Assembly (NCBI GenBank): GCA_030141605.1
Contig: JAQGDQ010000657.1
Span: forward strand, 53,506 to 117,505
Source of the DNA: Tubiluchus corallicola
Lineage: Eukaryota; Animalia; Priapulida
Length of the DNA stretch: 64,000 nt
Direction of reading: 5' to 3'
The position numbers were made by a program, and so were the translations under genes. Within the stretch, counting starts at the first letter, position 1. Each line of letters opens with the position of its first letter. Below the pieces are notes generated by a model, which was not told where the DNA came from, did not search any database, and saw only the letters and a program-made list of their open reading frames with translations. Positions 1 to 12,442 of this stretch are shown here, in pieces.

Positions 1-646
1 ATGGGAGGCCATACATTGCGACTGCATGACATGCATTTCAGTAACTGCTAAATTGTGTTTAATGAATCAACTTGATGCCCAGGAAAGTTCGCGCTGTCAA
101 TTTCGTTTGGTTTAGATGTTTTCCTAGCTTTCGGACAGGACTGGATATTAAGCAAACATTCCTCTGGTAAACATTGGATACAGTGGCCGGTTCAGATCGC
201 ATCAATGCCACATATTTGTTTTAGAAAGTTTGCAAAATTATGGCTATTTGACGAAACTGTAAACGCGGTAGTTAACTTCTGCAAAATAGGGGTGTGGTCA
301 GAAGAAGGTCTGTCAAAAGACGCCCATATGTAATCAGCGTGCCTTTTGAACCAGAAGAGACTACAACATCGATATTACAGCAAACTGGTTCTCAAACGTG
401 TGAGCACGCTATGCCGGGGGCCAACTTACACAAATTCTTTCAAAAATGCGATGTCACACAAACCATTGTGCCATAAACTTCAGTGACAACATTAGATTTT
501 GACCGCGATAAAGCGGTACCGAAAACAATTAAGTTAAAATAGAAAAAAGTTACCAGCTGGTTTCAGTGGATTGGTCGTGGAGGAATAATTGCCCAGGCTG
601 TTGAGTCACTATGACTCAAACTTTATTGACACACATCGGATATTAA

Positions 647-1480
647 ATCAAAACCGGAACCAATCTTAAACTGTTGGTCAAAACAATCTACTTTTTAAAA
701 TATTGAAAGGAAACATACTATGTTTTAAAAAATGACTTAGGTGAAAGAATTTTTACCACACAAACACGATTTCTCGTTCCTGCCACTAGTTATTTATTGT
801 TACATGTATTTCGCAATTCGCTGATTAGACGGGCGTTAGCGCCTGCATTTCGGAAATAATTGCACATGATGATTTTTCATATACTACTCCATTTTCCGAC
901 AAAAAGACCAACAAAAAGTATACACCTTAACACCAATGATACTGCAAAAGCGTTTCTGATAATTGAATAATAGATTAAAATCTTAATTAACGGTCGGAGA
1001 GCCCAGCTATTGATGACATCACAAACGAACATAATTTTCAACAAGCAAAGGTATTCCACGAACGTGTTGCACGTGTTTACAAAAGCGAAAACTGTAGTGC
1101 AATGCTATTGTATGAGATTTAGTATGTTGTACTAAAACAAGGCAAGTTTAAAGGTAAAATTTTAAATTTCAAATTTAACGCTGTGCTCACACATACATGA
1201 ACGTGTGTAGTTCGTCACAAACTCACACATCTGAACTGAGAGGTACAGCACCTGTTTCTTTGCAATGCGCTTCCGAGATGCAGGCGCTAGTGCCCGTTTA
1301 ACTAGCGAATGGTGAAATGCATGTAACAGCGAAGAACTAGTGGCCCGAATGTGAAATTGTGTTTGTGTGGTAATAATTCTTTCACGCAAGTCATTTTTGA
1401 AAAAAATAGTATGTTTCCTTTCAATATTTTAAAAAGTAGATTGTTTTGACCTACAGTTTAAGATTGGGTGCGATTTTTCT
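647..1480. mobile_element. Kolobok-like non-autonomous element: partial forward copy (647-~865) fused to an inverted near-full copy (~866-1480)
   Basis: Same ~610-bp family as 32696-33304; TTAA at 643-646 and 1481-1484. Confidence 0.75.
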
Positions 1481-1606
1481 TTAAGTAAACAGGTGGTCAA
1501 ATTGAATGTCCAGTAAAGATCATCCTGATTAGTGATCATTTATTTTGCTCTACCTAAGAAAGAAGAAGTCAGTTTTTGTACCTCTCACTAACAAGTAAGT
1601 GAATAC

Positions 1607-1982
1607 AATGAGCCATTTCACAGTTCCAGCGATTGATGATGATCGTGAAAAGGTCAAAGATTGAGTGTACCAGATAATGCATTGCGTACACTCGACAACG
1701 CCTCGCAGCCCATGCTAATGTAACAGTAACAGTTTTAGCAGTTAGCTAGAACTTTACCTAGTTCATTTTTTATTGTTCTCAAGCAAGTTCCTGCTAGTAA
1801 ATTACTCTACGCACTGGCTAGCGCAAAATTAAGTAAAATCCAACTGAAATTACTGAATTGATGCGGGAGACGGCTTTGCTTCACCCCCATGTCACGTGAT
1901 GATTTAGGGCACGTTGCAGTACATTTAACCTTTGACCTACGCAACTGCGCGTGCGCACCACGAAACTGTGAAAAGGCTTGTT
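1607..1982 (+). mobile_element. MITE family 2 (~380 bp, TIR ~AATGAGCCTTTTCACAGTT)
   Basis: Terminal inverted repeats gagccatttcacagtt / aactgtgaaaaggctt; homologous copies at 14955-15339, 41600-42000 (inverted) and a fragment at ~31395-31450. Confidence 0.75.
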
Positions 1983-2225
1983 GCAGATACATTTTACTTT
2001 GACTGCATCATTGCTTTTACTGCAGGCTTACTTAACTTAAGAATCATAAATTGTATAGCATCGTCCCACTTCTGCTTTCATCGTATACATTATTTATTGC
2101 AAGAATTTGATTATTTTATAACAGTCATCATAAAATTATGTTTCTAACATACGTGGGGCTCCGAGTAGGTGTACAGAAAACCGGGGTATTTGTAAACCTT
2201 ACCTTCACTATATATAATACAATAG

Positions 2226-2771
2226 ACATACTATTTTTTTCAAAAATGACTTACATGAAATAATTATTACTATACAAACATAATTTCACGTTCGCGCCAC
2301 TAGTTCTTCGCTGTTACATGCATTTCACCATTGGCTAGTTAGACGGGTACTAGCGCCCGCATCTCGTAAATCCATTGCGCAAAAACAAGGTGCTGTACCT
2401 CTCAGTTCAAATGTTTTAGTTTGTGACGAACTACACACGTTCATGTATGTGTGAGCACAGCGTTAAATTTGAAATTTAAAATTTTATCTTGAAACTTGCC
2501 TTGTTTTAGTACAACATACTAAATCTCATACAGTAGCACTGCATTTCAGTTTTCGCTTTTGTAAACACGTGCAACACGTTCGTGGAATACTCTTGCTGTT
2601 GAAAATTATGTTCGTTTGTGATGTCATCAATAGCTGGGCTCTACCACGTTAATTAAGAATGCAATGTATTATTTAATTATCAGAAACGCTTGCTGTATTA
2701 ATTGTGTTAGAATGTATACTTTTATCGGATTTGAAAATGTGGTAGTTTATGAAAAATCATCCTGTCTTCCT
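2226..2771 (+). mobile_element. Kolobok-like non-autonomous element copy (left end truncated)
   Basis: Matches the family body and ends ..aaaaatcatcctgtcttcct|TTAA. Confidence 0.75.
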
Positions 2772-3249
2772 TTAAGAAGTTTATAGAAACGCTCACCTCT
2801 ACAGAATCAACAAGCAAGCCTTTACAATTATACGATATTTTGCAGGCTATACGATCACTACGCTAAGTTAAAACAATCACTTTGGTCAAATGCAAACCAT
2901 AGATGCGTATCAAACTTACTTAGAAGCGATCATCTTCTTTAACAGCATTTTTAGGAAAGTAAACGTCACTTTCCCTTTCAAAAACTTGACATATAATCGC
3001 AACGCTGAAGCTTAATAAACTTAAGAAGTTTGAACAAACCAGTTTGCCAAGCTTACCGATACTTAGCGGATTACTTTGAAACACTAGAAACAATTATGAT
3101 CTTGAAGATGAAAATAGTTTGAATAAGATATTATCTTAATGTTGACATTGTTGTGTGTCAGACACAGTTTTTTATCTAAATTTTACGATCTATATAAACT
3201 TGTAAATATAATGCAATTTTTGCCAGTTTCGTTAGGAGTTGGGTTAAAA

Positions 3250-3870
3250 TTAGTTTAGTTTAGTTTAAACATAATTTATTTAGGATTGAATCAGACAGTT
3301 TGAACAACATGATTTAGGATCCTCACCACAACAAACTATATACACTAATTACAAAAACATTTACAGTAAAAATTGACTATACCTACACGAGCTGACAAGT
3401 TTTACTACAAGATTATATTAGATATTAGTAACATTTACAGTAACAATTGACTATACCTACACAAGCTGATAAGTATTACTACAAGATTATATTAGATGTT
3501 AGTACCAAATGACAGTTAGAAAATATTAATGTACGAATATTTAAGACTAATGCATCTCATATCAGACAGAAACTACTGGATGCGTTTAGTACGTAACATA
3601 AAGTCATGTCTACATAGGAATATTTTACAGTTAACAACATAATTAAATTCATCTTTTCCAAACAATAACAACTTCAACAGATCAGTAGTTCCTATGGCAC
3701 CTAGAATTAAGGTTTTCAGGTAGCAGTATTTCATTTAGTTCATCAAACATAATAACCCTAGTTTGTTGATACAATGGGCAGTGCAACAAAAAGTGTTCAA
3801 CAGACTCAAATCGAAATCCACAGTTACAATTCGGCAATAATGGATGACTGTTATTATCTTTACAGCCTTC
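3250..3870 (-). mobile_element. 3' end of a non-LTR retrotransposon (LINE) with C-terminal Zn knuckle
   Basis: ORF fragment CNCGFRFESVEHFLLHCPLY (CCHC typical of LINE ORF2 C-termini), followed by a 3' UTR and an aataaa..(taaac)n tail at ~3250-3280. Confidence 0.7.
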
Positions 3871-4779
3871 AGAGAAAAGGTCAAAGGTCATAGTTTAGCT
3901 AAGAAAATCCGATTCTCGTGTGCGCCTGATGCACACAAATTAAGATTTTCCAAATGAAAAATGCTTCTTATCCAACGAAAAACTTAAATTAAGGTTAAAG
4001 TTAAAATCAGTGTTTCCAGAACAGTCAAAACATTGGTGTACTTGCACTATATGTGGCAAGTTCTTGAAGGAATTCTGAGGCTGTGGATCATTTTTTTAAA
4101 GAGGATAAATTTCTAAGTTGAAAATGCGCCTAAAACAAATCAGGGTGTGTCGATTTACCACTGTAGCCCGAAGGAGCAATAAATCACGTATATTACCGAA
4201 CATAGCAGCCAAAAGGCTCATTTTTCTTCCATAATCAGTGAAAAGCAACGCGACTAATGTTGCAACGCGTGGCAATTGAGTTTGAAACAGTCGGTCAGCC
4301 ACTCACCACACGAGAATCACGCTTATTTTCTTGTAAGAACTTTGCAGAAAGACAGATTTTTGATAGTACAGAAAATGAACTGAAAGAGACGTATTTAATA
4401 TGAAATATGTGAAGTGATGAAAACACTTGATTGCATTATACGAATCACACTAGTGGTTACAAAGTATTGACTAATTGAATCTGACTGGTTCTTTGACAAG
4501 GTTGGGTTGTACGTTACAGGATGAAATGATGTTAAAAAACGTTTGCATATTTTGTTTATTCATTATCTGTGCAATCACCATTAATTGCTAGTTTCGACTG
4601 TAACGCCATCTTTAATAATTGGGACCTGAACTAATCAAATTATCTGAATTTCATTAAATGTATTTCAAACTTTCAAACTTTCAAGCTTTTGATTTTAATG
4701 TCAACAAATGAGTGTTGCAGTTTAGTTAATTTTCAGATTAATTCAACCTCAATGTCCAGCCTTGCATAGACTTTTAAAT

Positions 4780-5069
4780 ATAGGCGTACAGGCCGATTTT
4801 TCCAGGGGGAGGGGCTTTTCCCTAAAAATTCGGGGTCAACATCGAGTAGGGAGCTGCCTCACCCCGCTCCATGATCAAAAAACATCCAGATTTCGGGCAC
4901 TTCACTTGGCGGCACGGAGAAATTTCAAGATTTCCTTTTTTTATGAAAGACATTATTTTATTTCTTTCATAATTTAACTGGTGCCCGAAAAAATGTGTTT
5001 GCCCGAATCTGGGGGGCTGCAGCAACACCCCACTACCAACCACCCTAACCCTCTGGCTCGTACGCCTAT
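4780..5069 (+). mobile_element. MITE family 3 (TIR ATAGGCGTAC)
   Basis: ataggcgtac..gtacgcctat ends; inverted homologous copy at ~34612-34885. Confidence 0.65.
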
Positions 5070-6102
5070 GTTTTAGACGATTAATGTTTTGACAACGATA
5101 TATCTATTCTACATCCAAGATGCATCATCACCAACGATTTTCAGTAAAGAAAAAAATTCCAGGTAAACACAGTCCTACCTGTACTTTCTTCACCTGCTTA
5201 CCACACACCTTGAGTCACCTGTACATCATCAACACACCATGTCTTTCGTCGTCTTCATATGCTAGATGATTTTAACGACCAATTACGGCTTAGCAGTCAG
5301 GAAGTATTGGCTAACACAGAAGACCAACGCTGAATCACAATAATTTAAAACTAGGGAATTCTAGACGGACTTTATGCTGCAGTTTAACACTGGTAGGTAG
5401 ACTCAATGGTAAATTCTTCACGGCTGAGGAAATTCAGTTCACGCCAGAGGCGAAAAGTTTGTATTCTGAAAGGGCGAGCCCACGAGCAGGCTGGGAGCGC
5501 ACCGATACAGTGTTAAACCATGAATGCAATTTAAAGGTGTGTTAAGAAGTTCCAAACGTCTTAAGATACCCGTAAGGTTTGCGATAGGATCTTAGCTGTT
5601 TTTGTAACGATATTAGCTCCGTCAATGCAACTATGAAAGGGTTCATCCGAGGGTCTACGTAGAAGTTTCAGTTAAATTGAAGTTTCTCAACAAATTAATC
5701 CGTCGGCTGCTTTGCAACACTTTTAATGTGTTTTCCATTTTTAACCAAATAATTTATAGTTCAAATAATTATGAAGCAGTTTAAACATTTCTTCGAAATT
5801 AAATTTTATTTTGACCGGGTTCGAATAATCAGTGTTCATTTTCAAAGCATCTTAAAAACAAAGAAATTTTTCAAGAAGGTAGAAGCAACTTAGAAGTACA
5901 ATTCAGTGCATGAAGTCACCAAAAATTGTTTTAGATATGTATCAATTTTCCTTACACTGTTCATATCATTGTTTCACTATTTGTTACATAAAATTGTCTA
6001 CTAGTTTTTAACCGTAGCTGATTAGTTTTATTCATTCGTCGGTGACATAAGCTTCTGCAGCTTGTAATTGTATGTCTTTAAAATCGACGTGAAATAATTG
6101 TT

Positions 6103-6730
6103 TATCTTATCTTATCTTATCTTATCTTATCTTATCTTATCTTATCTTATCTTATCTTATCTTATCTTATCTTATCTTATCTTATCTTATCTTATCTTAT
6201 CTTATCTTACCTTATCTTACCTTACCTTACCTTATCTTATCTTATCTTATCTTATCTTATCTTATCTTATCTTATCTTATCTTATCTTATCTTATCTTAT
6301 CTTATCTTATCTTATCTTATCTTATCTTATCTTATCTTATCTTATCTTATCTTATCTTATCTTATCTTATCTTATCTTATCTTATCTTATCTTATCTTAT
6401 CTTATCTTATCTTATCTTATCTTATCTTATCTTATCTTATCTTATCTTATCTTACCTTACCTTACCTTACCTTACCTTACCTTACCTTACCTTACCTTAC
6501 CTTACCTTACCTTACCTTACCTTACCTTACCTTACCTTACCTTACCTTACCTTACCTTACCTTACCTTACCTTACCTTACCTTATCCCATCCCATCCCAT
6601 CCCATCCCATCCCATCCCATCCCATCCCATCCCATCCCATCCCATCCCATCCCATCCCATCCCATCCCATCCCATCTCATCCCATCTCATCTCATCTCAT
6701 CTCATCTCATCTCATCTCATCTTATCTTAC
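6103..6730. repeat. Compound pentanucleotide microsatellite (CTTAT)n-(CTTAC)n-(CCCAT)n-(CTCAT)n
   Basis: Direct inspection. Confidence 0.97.
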
Positions 6731-7651
6731 TTTTCTTACGATTTCTACATTGATAACTTCAATGCATCTCGTTTGTTGAAAGTAACACAATTTTACCTAA
6801 CTTTGCTAAACAAATGACACAAATATGCAATGTCCGTTTTAATTATTTTCCAATTAAGGTTTAAACTTCAGTGGAAACTGTACTCCGACTTATTGCAAAT
6901 TCAATTTATAGACCAAGTACCGGTTCTGTCACAATCGTTTACAAAGCCCCAAATTATCCCGTAGGTTAGTATAGGCTGCAGTCTATCTGTTTTTTTCACT
7001 AGGATTGTGTTGAAATAATTATGTGCTAATTTGGTTTACAATAAATAGTGAACTAGTGGTACTTGTGCTAAATAACATTAGTGCTTTTCTTTGGGTAACA
7101 AATATCAGAAATACCAGTCTCTACGACGCTTTAGGTGCTCTAATTCACATTTTAAAAAGAAATCATCTCTGAGATCTTATCTTGAACAGACAGTTTTGGG
7201 CGCGTCTCAAGTTTCTTTTTTAAAAGCACAGCTTTGGAGGAGCATATTGTTCAATTTAAAGTTTTTAAGCGCTTTTAGCTACTCCATAGGATGCTTGTAT
7301 CACTTAGGTAATACCCAATACGTGATCATACGTGATCATACGTGCATAGTTGATGATAAAATCGTTGTCACTCAACTTAAAGCGATTAAAGAAACTTTGT
7401 GAATTTTAATCTCAGAATCAGATAACTCTGTTCGTGCAGTTTGCCTAAACAACAGACGTTCGACATAGAGACAAATCTACTTAAAACTTTTGTCCTTTAA
7501 CATGTAGTGTTTTCATTGCCCTTGACTTTGATTAATAATTATTTGGTTTGAATGGTTGTCGTGTTCAATTGAGGGTCACTGGTACCTTCATGTTCAAAAT
7601 CCACTGTTTTAAAAGAATTGACTAAACGTCTTAAGGACGTTCAGTTACCTA

Positions 7652-8268
7652 GAGACACTGTGTTGCCTGTATTAGTTGCTTTCAGACACTATGTTGCCTG
7701 TGTTAGCTGCTTTCAGACAATGGGTTGCCTGTGTTAGCTGCTTTCAGACACTGTGTTGAATGCGTTAGCTACTTTCAGACACTGGGTTGCCTGTGTTAGC
7801 TGCTTTAAGACACTGTGTTGAATGCGTTAGCTGCTTTCAGACACTGTGTTGCCTGTGCTAGTTGCTTTCAGACACTGTGTTGCCTGTGTTAGTTGCTTTC
7901 AGATACTGTGTTGAATGCGCTAGCTGCTTTCAGACACTGTGTTGCCTGTGTTAGCTGCTTTCAGACACTGTGTTATCTGTGTTAGCTGCTTTCAGATACT
8001 GTGTTGAATGCGCTAGCTGCTTTCAGACACTGTGTTGCCTGTGTTAGCTGCTCTCCGACACTGTGTTGCCTGTGTTAGCTGCTTTCAGACACTGTGTTAT
8101 CTGTGTTAGCTGCTTTCAGACACTGTGTTGCCTGTGTTAGCTGCTTTCCGACACTTTGTTGCTTGTGTTAGCTGCTTACAGACATTGTGTTGCCTGTGAT
8201 AGCTGCTTACAGACACTGTGTTGCCTGTGCTAACTGCTTTCAGACACTGTATTGCCTCTGTTAGTTGT
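7652..8268. repeat. 31-bp minisatellite, ~20 copies
   Basis: Unit tcagacactgtgttgcctgtgttagctgctt. Confidence 0.95.
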
Positions 8269-8589
8269 TTTGAGCGATTAATTTGTCGATCATACTAAAC
8301 TAAAAGAAGGCTTACGAAGAAGAAACAAGAGTTGATATCAGTAATTAATGGAAAAGGGTTTTGTCATTATCACTTACAGAATGGTTTAAATTTATACTTC
8401 ACATTCAGTTTATGATAATAGTTGTAATGTCGTTAGAGAGAACGCTTCGCTTGGTCGACCACAAATTTTTGAATGAATAAATTTGTTGTATTCTCGTATT
8501 TATTTTTCCAATGACAAGTTACCCATCCCGCTTAGTCTCGCAGCTTGCTTTGGTGCGTGCTATAGACAATATGAGCAGTAGTGTTTGCT

Positions 8590-8660
8590 ATCATCACCAC
8601 GGTCATCATCATCATTATCATCATCATCGTCGTCGTGGTCGTCGTCAGCATCATCATGGC

Positions 8661-8694
<34 letters not shown>

Positions 8695-8882
8695 GTCGTC
8701 GTTATCATCATCAGCATCACCACAATCATCGTCGTCGTCGTAGGCATCATCATGGCCATCATCATCATCGTCGTCGTCGTCGTCATCGTCATCAGTATCA
8801 TCACAATCGTCATCGTCATCGTCATCGTCGTCATCATCATCATCATCACCATCATCATCATCTTCTTCATCGTCACCACGAT
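8590..8882. repeat. (CAT/CGT)n trinucleotide tract
   Basis: Direct inspection. Confidence 0.95.
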
Positions 8883-10217
8883 TATTAACATAGATAAAAT
8901 AAAATGTTAATCAATGCTATGCAGCAACAAAAATGTATAGCTGATATTTATAAACTTAGGAAGAAGTAACAGCAGAACACAGTCACAAGTATAAAAGGTA
9001 TTTAAATGATACTTGTTAACCTAGAGCCGTAATCTTTGGCTTTGCCTGGGGATGACTGATTAGTGTTATTTTCGCTCGTTTTTTTACCTTTTTTTCTACA
9101 CTGCCAACCATCGCGTGTTTCCCAAGGACACTGTTGACTTCCCAATTCAGCACTTGGAATGCCAAACAGGGGGTTAAATTTTACGACATCTTGTATTTCT
9201 GAGCCATAAACTAATAACACAAGTTCGCTATGTAATAACAATCAGTAGATAGTTATCTAGTGATATTTGATACGTGTTTTTATCAAGGATAAAACTGCAG
9301 GTAACTGTGGTGATGATGTGAGCCGAGTTTGACCGCCCGTATCAAAACTGTGAATCAAATACTGTAGCTTAATAAGCGCTGGTCATTATATAAAATAAAA
9401 AATTGGGCTGTTTGTTTGTTTGTTTGTCTGTTGATTTGTCTTGACTGTTGAATATATGTTTGTTTCTTTATTTGCTTGGTAGTTTGTTTACTAGTTAATG
9501 GGCTTACTTGTTCTTACTTGGATTGCCTTCGTGGTTTTACTTAGCTAATTAGTTGGTCAGTTAGTCATTATTAAAACCACGAACGTGCCAGCTAATCAAT
9601 TACTTACTCAGTCAGTTAGATAGTTAGTTAATTGGCTTGCTTGTTCTTACTTGCATTGCTTCATAGTATTAGTTAGTCAGTTAGTCATCAGTAAATCCAC
9701 CAACGTGCCAGCTAATAAGTCACTTAGTTAGTCAGTCAGTTATTAATGGCCATCACCAGCAAAAACAAATCGTTTATGTACCTTGTACACACAACGGCTT
9801 TTTACCACTATAGGTTTCAATTGTCTATTTATTGATTTCATTGTTTAATATAACAATGTAACAGACATGTTATATACGTATATATACATCATTCACAATT
9901 TTAGTTCATGTTAGCAGGTATAATGATAACAATTAATATTGTTTGACCCGGTAGATACGGCCCGTCATCGGTGATGCGGGTAAGCGCTGCATAACGGACA
10001 GTCCGGAAATTTTAAAAAAAGAAACAACAAAACCAAAACTTAGAAATCAAAAGGGACGGCTGAGAAGAACAACACAAATAGAAAAACAAACAAAACCTGA
10101 TGACAATGCTTCAGACTTTACGGAATCACGATACTCGGCCGGCAGACAGGAGAAGTGCATTCCACGACAAAAAACAGACGATGTCACGTGTTCGTTTTCC
10201 CACAGGAAACCACTGCT

Positions 10218-10290
10218 CAGCAAATCGCAGGTAATGTTATGGGCTTCTTAGTTGAAAGAGGAGGTCATAACATTACCTGTAAGTTGGTTG
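10218..10290 (+). ncRNA. Pre-miRNA-like hairpin (unrecognised family)
   Basis: GCAGGTAATGTTATGGGCTTCTT / GAGGAGGTCATAACATTACCTGT: ~22-bp stem with four G-U pairs and one G-G mismatch, ~8-nt loop and a partial basal stem. Confidence 0.4.
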
Positions 10291-10636
10291 GCCTGGTGCC
10301 TATATGAATAAAAGTGTACAATGCACATTCACTTGTTCAGCTCAATATCTAAAGAAGCTTATTTTAGCTTGTAAGAATGGCTCTGAATGTGAAATAGAAA
10401 AAAAGGAGAAGAATATATATAATTGTACTTTAAGTAATTAATTACTCCACCAAATGTTCTTTTCTATGACGCAGCGTTTTGGAACAGGAACTGCAATGTA
10501 TTGCTGTTATGCAAGAAATAATTCTATAATCCGGTCTGTCACCCAAAAGACCCAAAATTCTTGTAGCACATTTCCATTTAGTCCACATTACATTTCGGCA
10601 CATAATACGGCTTCGCTTAATAAGTTATGTATAAGT

Positions 10637-10862
10637 TTGTACACAGTTATGTAGAAGTGTGCACAGTTATGTGCAAGCGTGTACACAGTTATGTGCAAGC
10701 GTGTAGCGTGTAGCGTGTACACAGTTATGTGCAAGCGTGCACACAGTTATGTGCAAGTGTACACAGTTACGTACAAGTGTGTACAGAGTTATGTGCAAGC
10801 GTGCACACAGTTATGTGCAAGTGTACACAGTTACGTACAAGTGTGTACACAGTTATGTGCAG
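10637..10862. repeat. ~20-22-bp minisatellite
   Basis: Unit gtgtacacagttatgtgcaa(gc). Confidence 0.9.
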
Positions 10863-11747
10863 TGTGTTCCTGGGTTACTAATCGTACTACCAAACGAAAA
10901 CCCACACATAAGTTCTTATTCGTCCTCGTTAATCGTGCAAAAGTGTCTATATGTGAACGTTTTGGAGTTATAAGCGTCCAAAGTAGAAGACCAATTCTTG
11001 ACATTGTAGTGTCTCGGGACAGCGGGACAAAGAGTGAATTTGTATAAAAATGTCCAGAACGTTGTTAGAGTGACCAAAAGATTCATTCCTAAAAGTTTGG
11101 TAGTGTATCCAGTCAGTCACTATGTCATCAAAATTTGGTCTTAATAGACCAGGCTAATAGGGTAGCACAGCATTGTGCTCACATGAATACGCTACTACTT
11201 AGAATTCACCTCATGAATAAATGAATAGGTTTTACAGTAAGAATGCAGCTAGTGTGTGATTATGAGAATTCTGTGCTTCAGTAAACAGGACTGTTTGATA
11301 TTATTAGCAGTTACATACGCAGCAACGTATTCAACCTTTACAGCAGAAAGAATTAAATTTAACAATATTTTCACATTTCTTTTACGAACAAAATAAGTGG
11401 CCTATTAATCATTTTTGAAGAACAAAAATTCTTCGTAAAGCATAAAAGAAAATCGAATTTAAGTGTTGATTCGTTGCGAAACTCCTCAGCTCAATATTTC
11501 TGTATAGCCATTTTAAAGAATATAATAAAATAAGCACATTGATTATTCTAGCAAATGATTGCAGTTAGGCTGCTGAACTGATGCGCTGTGGCTTCTGATA
11601 AATCATTTGTTAAACTCATTTACTTTCTAGCTTAACTTTTCAATGGGAATATCTAGAAGTGTCGTTACTTTAATTAATCAGCTGTGGGTTCACATATACA
11701 TGCATTCACACATCTACTTGAATGCTTGGTTTTAATGTAATCGCGAT

Positions 11748-12067
11748 CTGTCAGCCGGTCGGTTATTCATTTACTTACTTGGATAACCGTTTGCTTTTTT
11801 ACTAACTAGTTCTTGCCGTACATGTATACGTATTCGTTTATGTACTTGGTTGTTTGGATTAGTCGGTCTGTCAGCCGGTCGGTTATTCATTTACTTACTC
11901 GGATAACCGTTTGCTTTTTTACTAACTAGTTGTTGCCGTACATGTATACGTATTCGTTTATGTACTTGGTTGTTTGGATTAGTCGGTCTGTCAGCCGGTC
12001 GGTTATTCATTTACTTACTTGGATAACCGTTTGCTTTTTTACTAACTAGTTCTTGCCGTATATGTAT
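11748..12067. repeat. 120-bp tandem repeat, ~2.7 copies
   Basis: Lines 11761, 11881 and 12001 are nearly identical. Confidence 0.95.
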
Positions 12068-12442
12068 CTACACTCATTTGTTCACGTACTTAACTATTTG
12101 GTTTGTCAGTCTGTCAGCTGGTTAATTATTTGTTTCCTTTGCTTAGATAACTGTTTACTCGTTTTATAATTAATGTGGTTGACTAATATGATTAATTTCT
12201 TTACTTGAATGTTGATTTGCTTGCTTTCTTGTTTTACTTGCATCTTAATTTTCTCTCCTATAATACTTCACGGTCGACTTCTGACTAACTGGACCCACCA
12301 TTGTTAAATCGACTGACTGATCGAGTGAGTGACTAATCAAACGACTGTTTGTCGGAGTAGCGGCCTAAATCAATAACAGACTGGATTAGCTATAAAAGTG
12401 AAAAAAGTAAAACGTTCCTCTCATATATAATAAAAGTATTAA

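Noticed and set aside
1-640. Possible decayed coding or transposon sequence (HCDCM SWIM-like fragment)
   Set aside because: Multiple stops and no second recognisable motif; cannot be supported.
5041-5053. CCCTAACCCT telomerase-template-like motif near structured island A
   Set aside because: It lies within a dispersed MITE upstream of the folded region; no CR4/5 or H/ACA features seen.
5400-5500. Resemblance to RNase P/MRP (GAGGAAA), SSU rRNA (GGCGAA) or a group II intron start (GTGCG on minus)
   Set aside because: Partner motifs (CR-V/P4, domain V, rRNA context) are absent.
6098-8910. ILSYL-repeat, poly-His and poly-Ile ORFs
   Set aside because: Microsatellite translations; no evidence of real coding.
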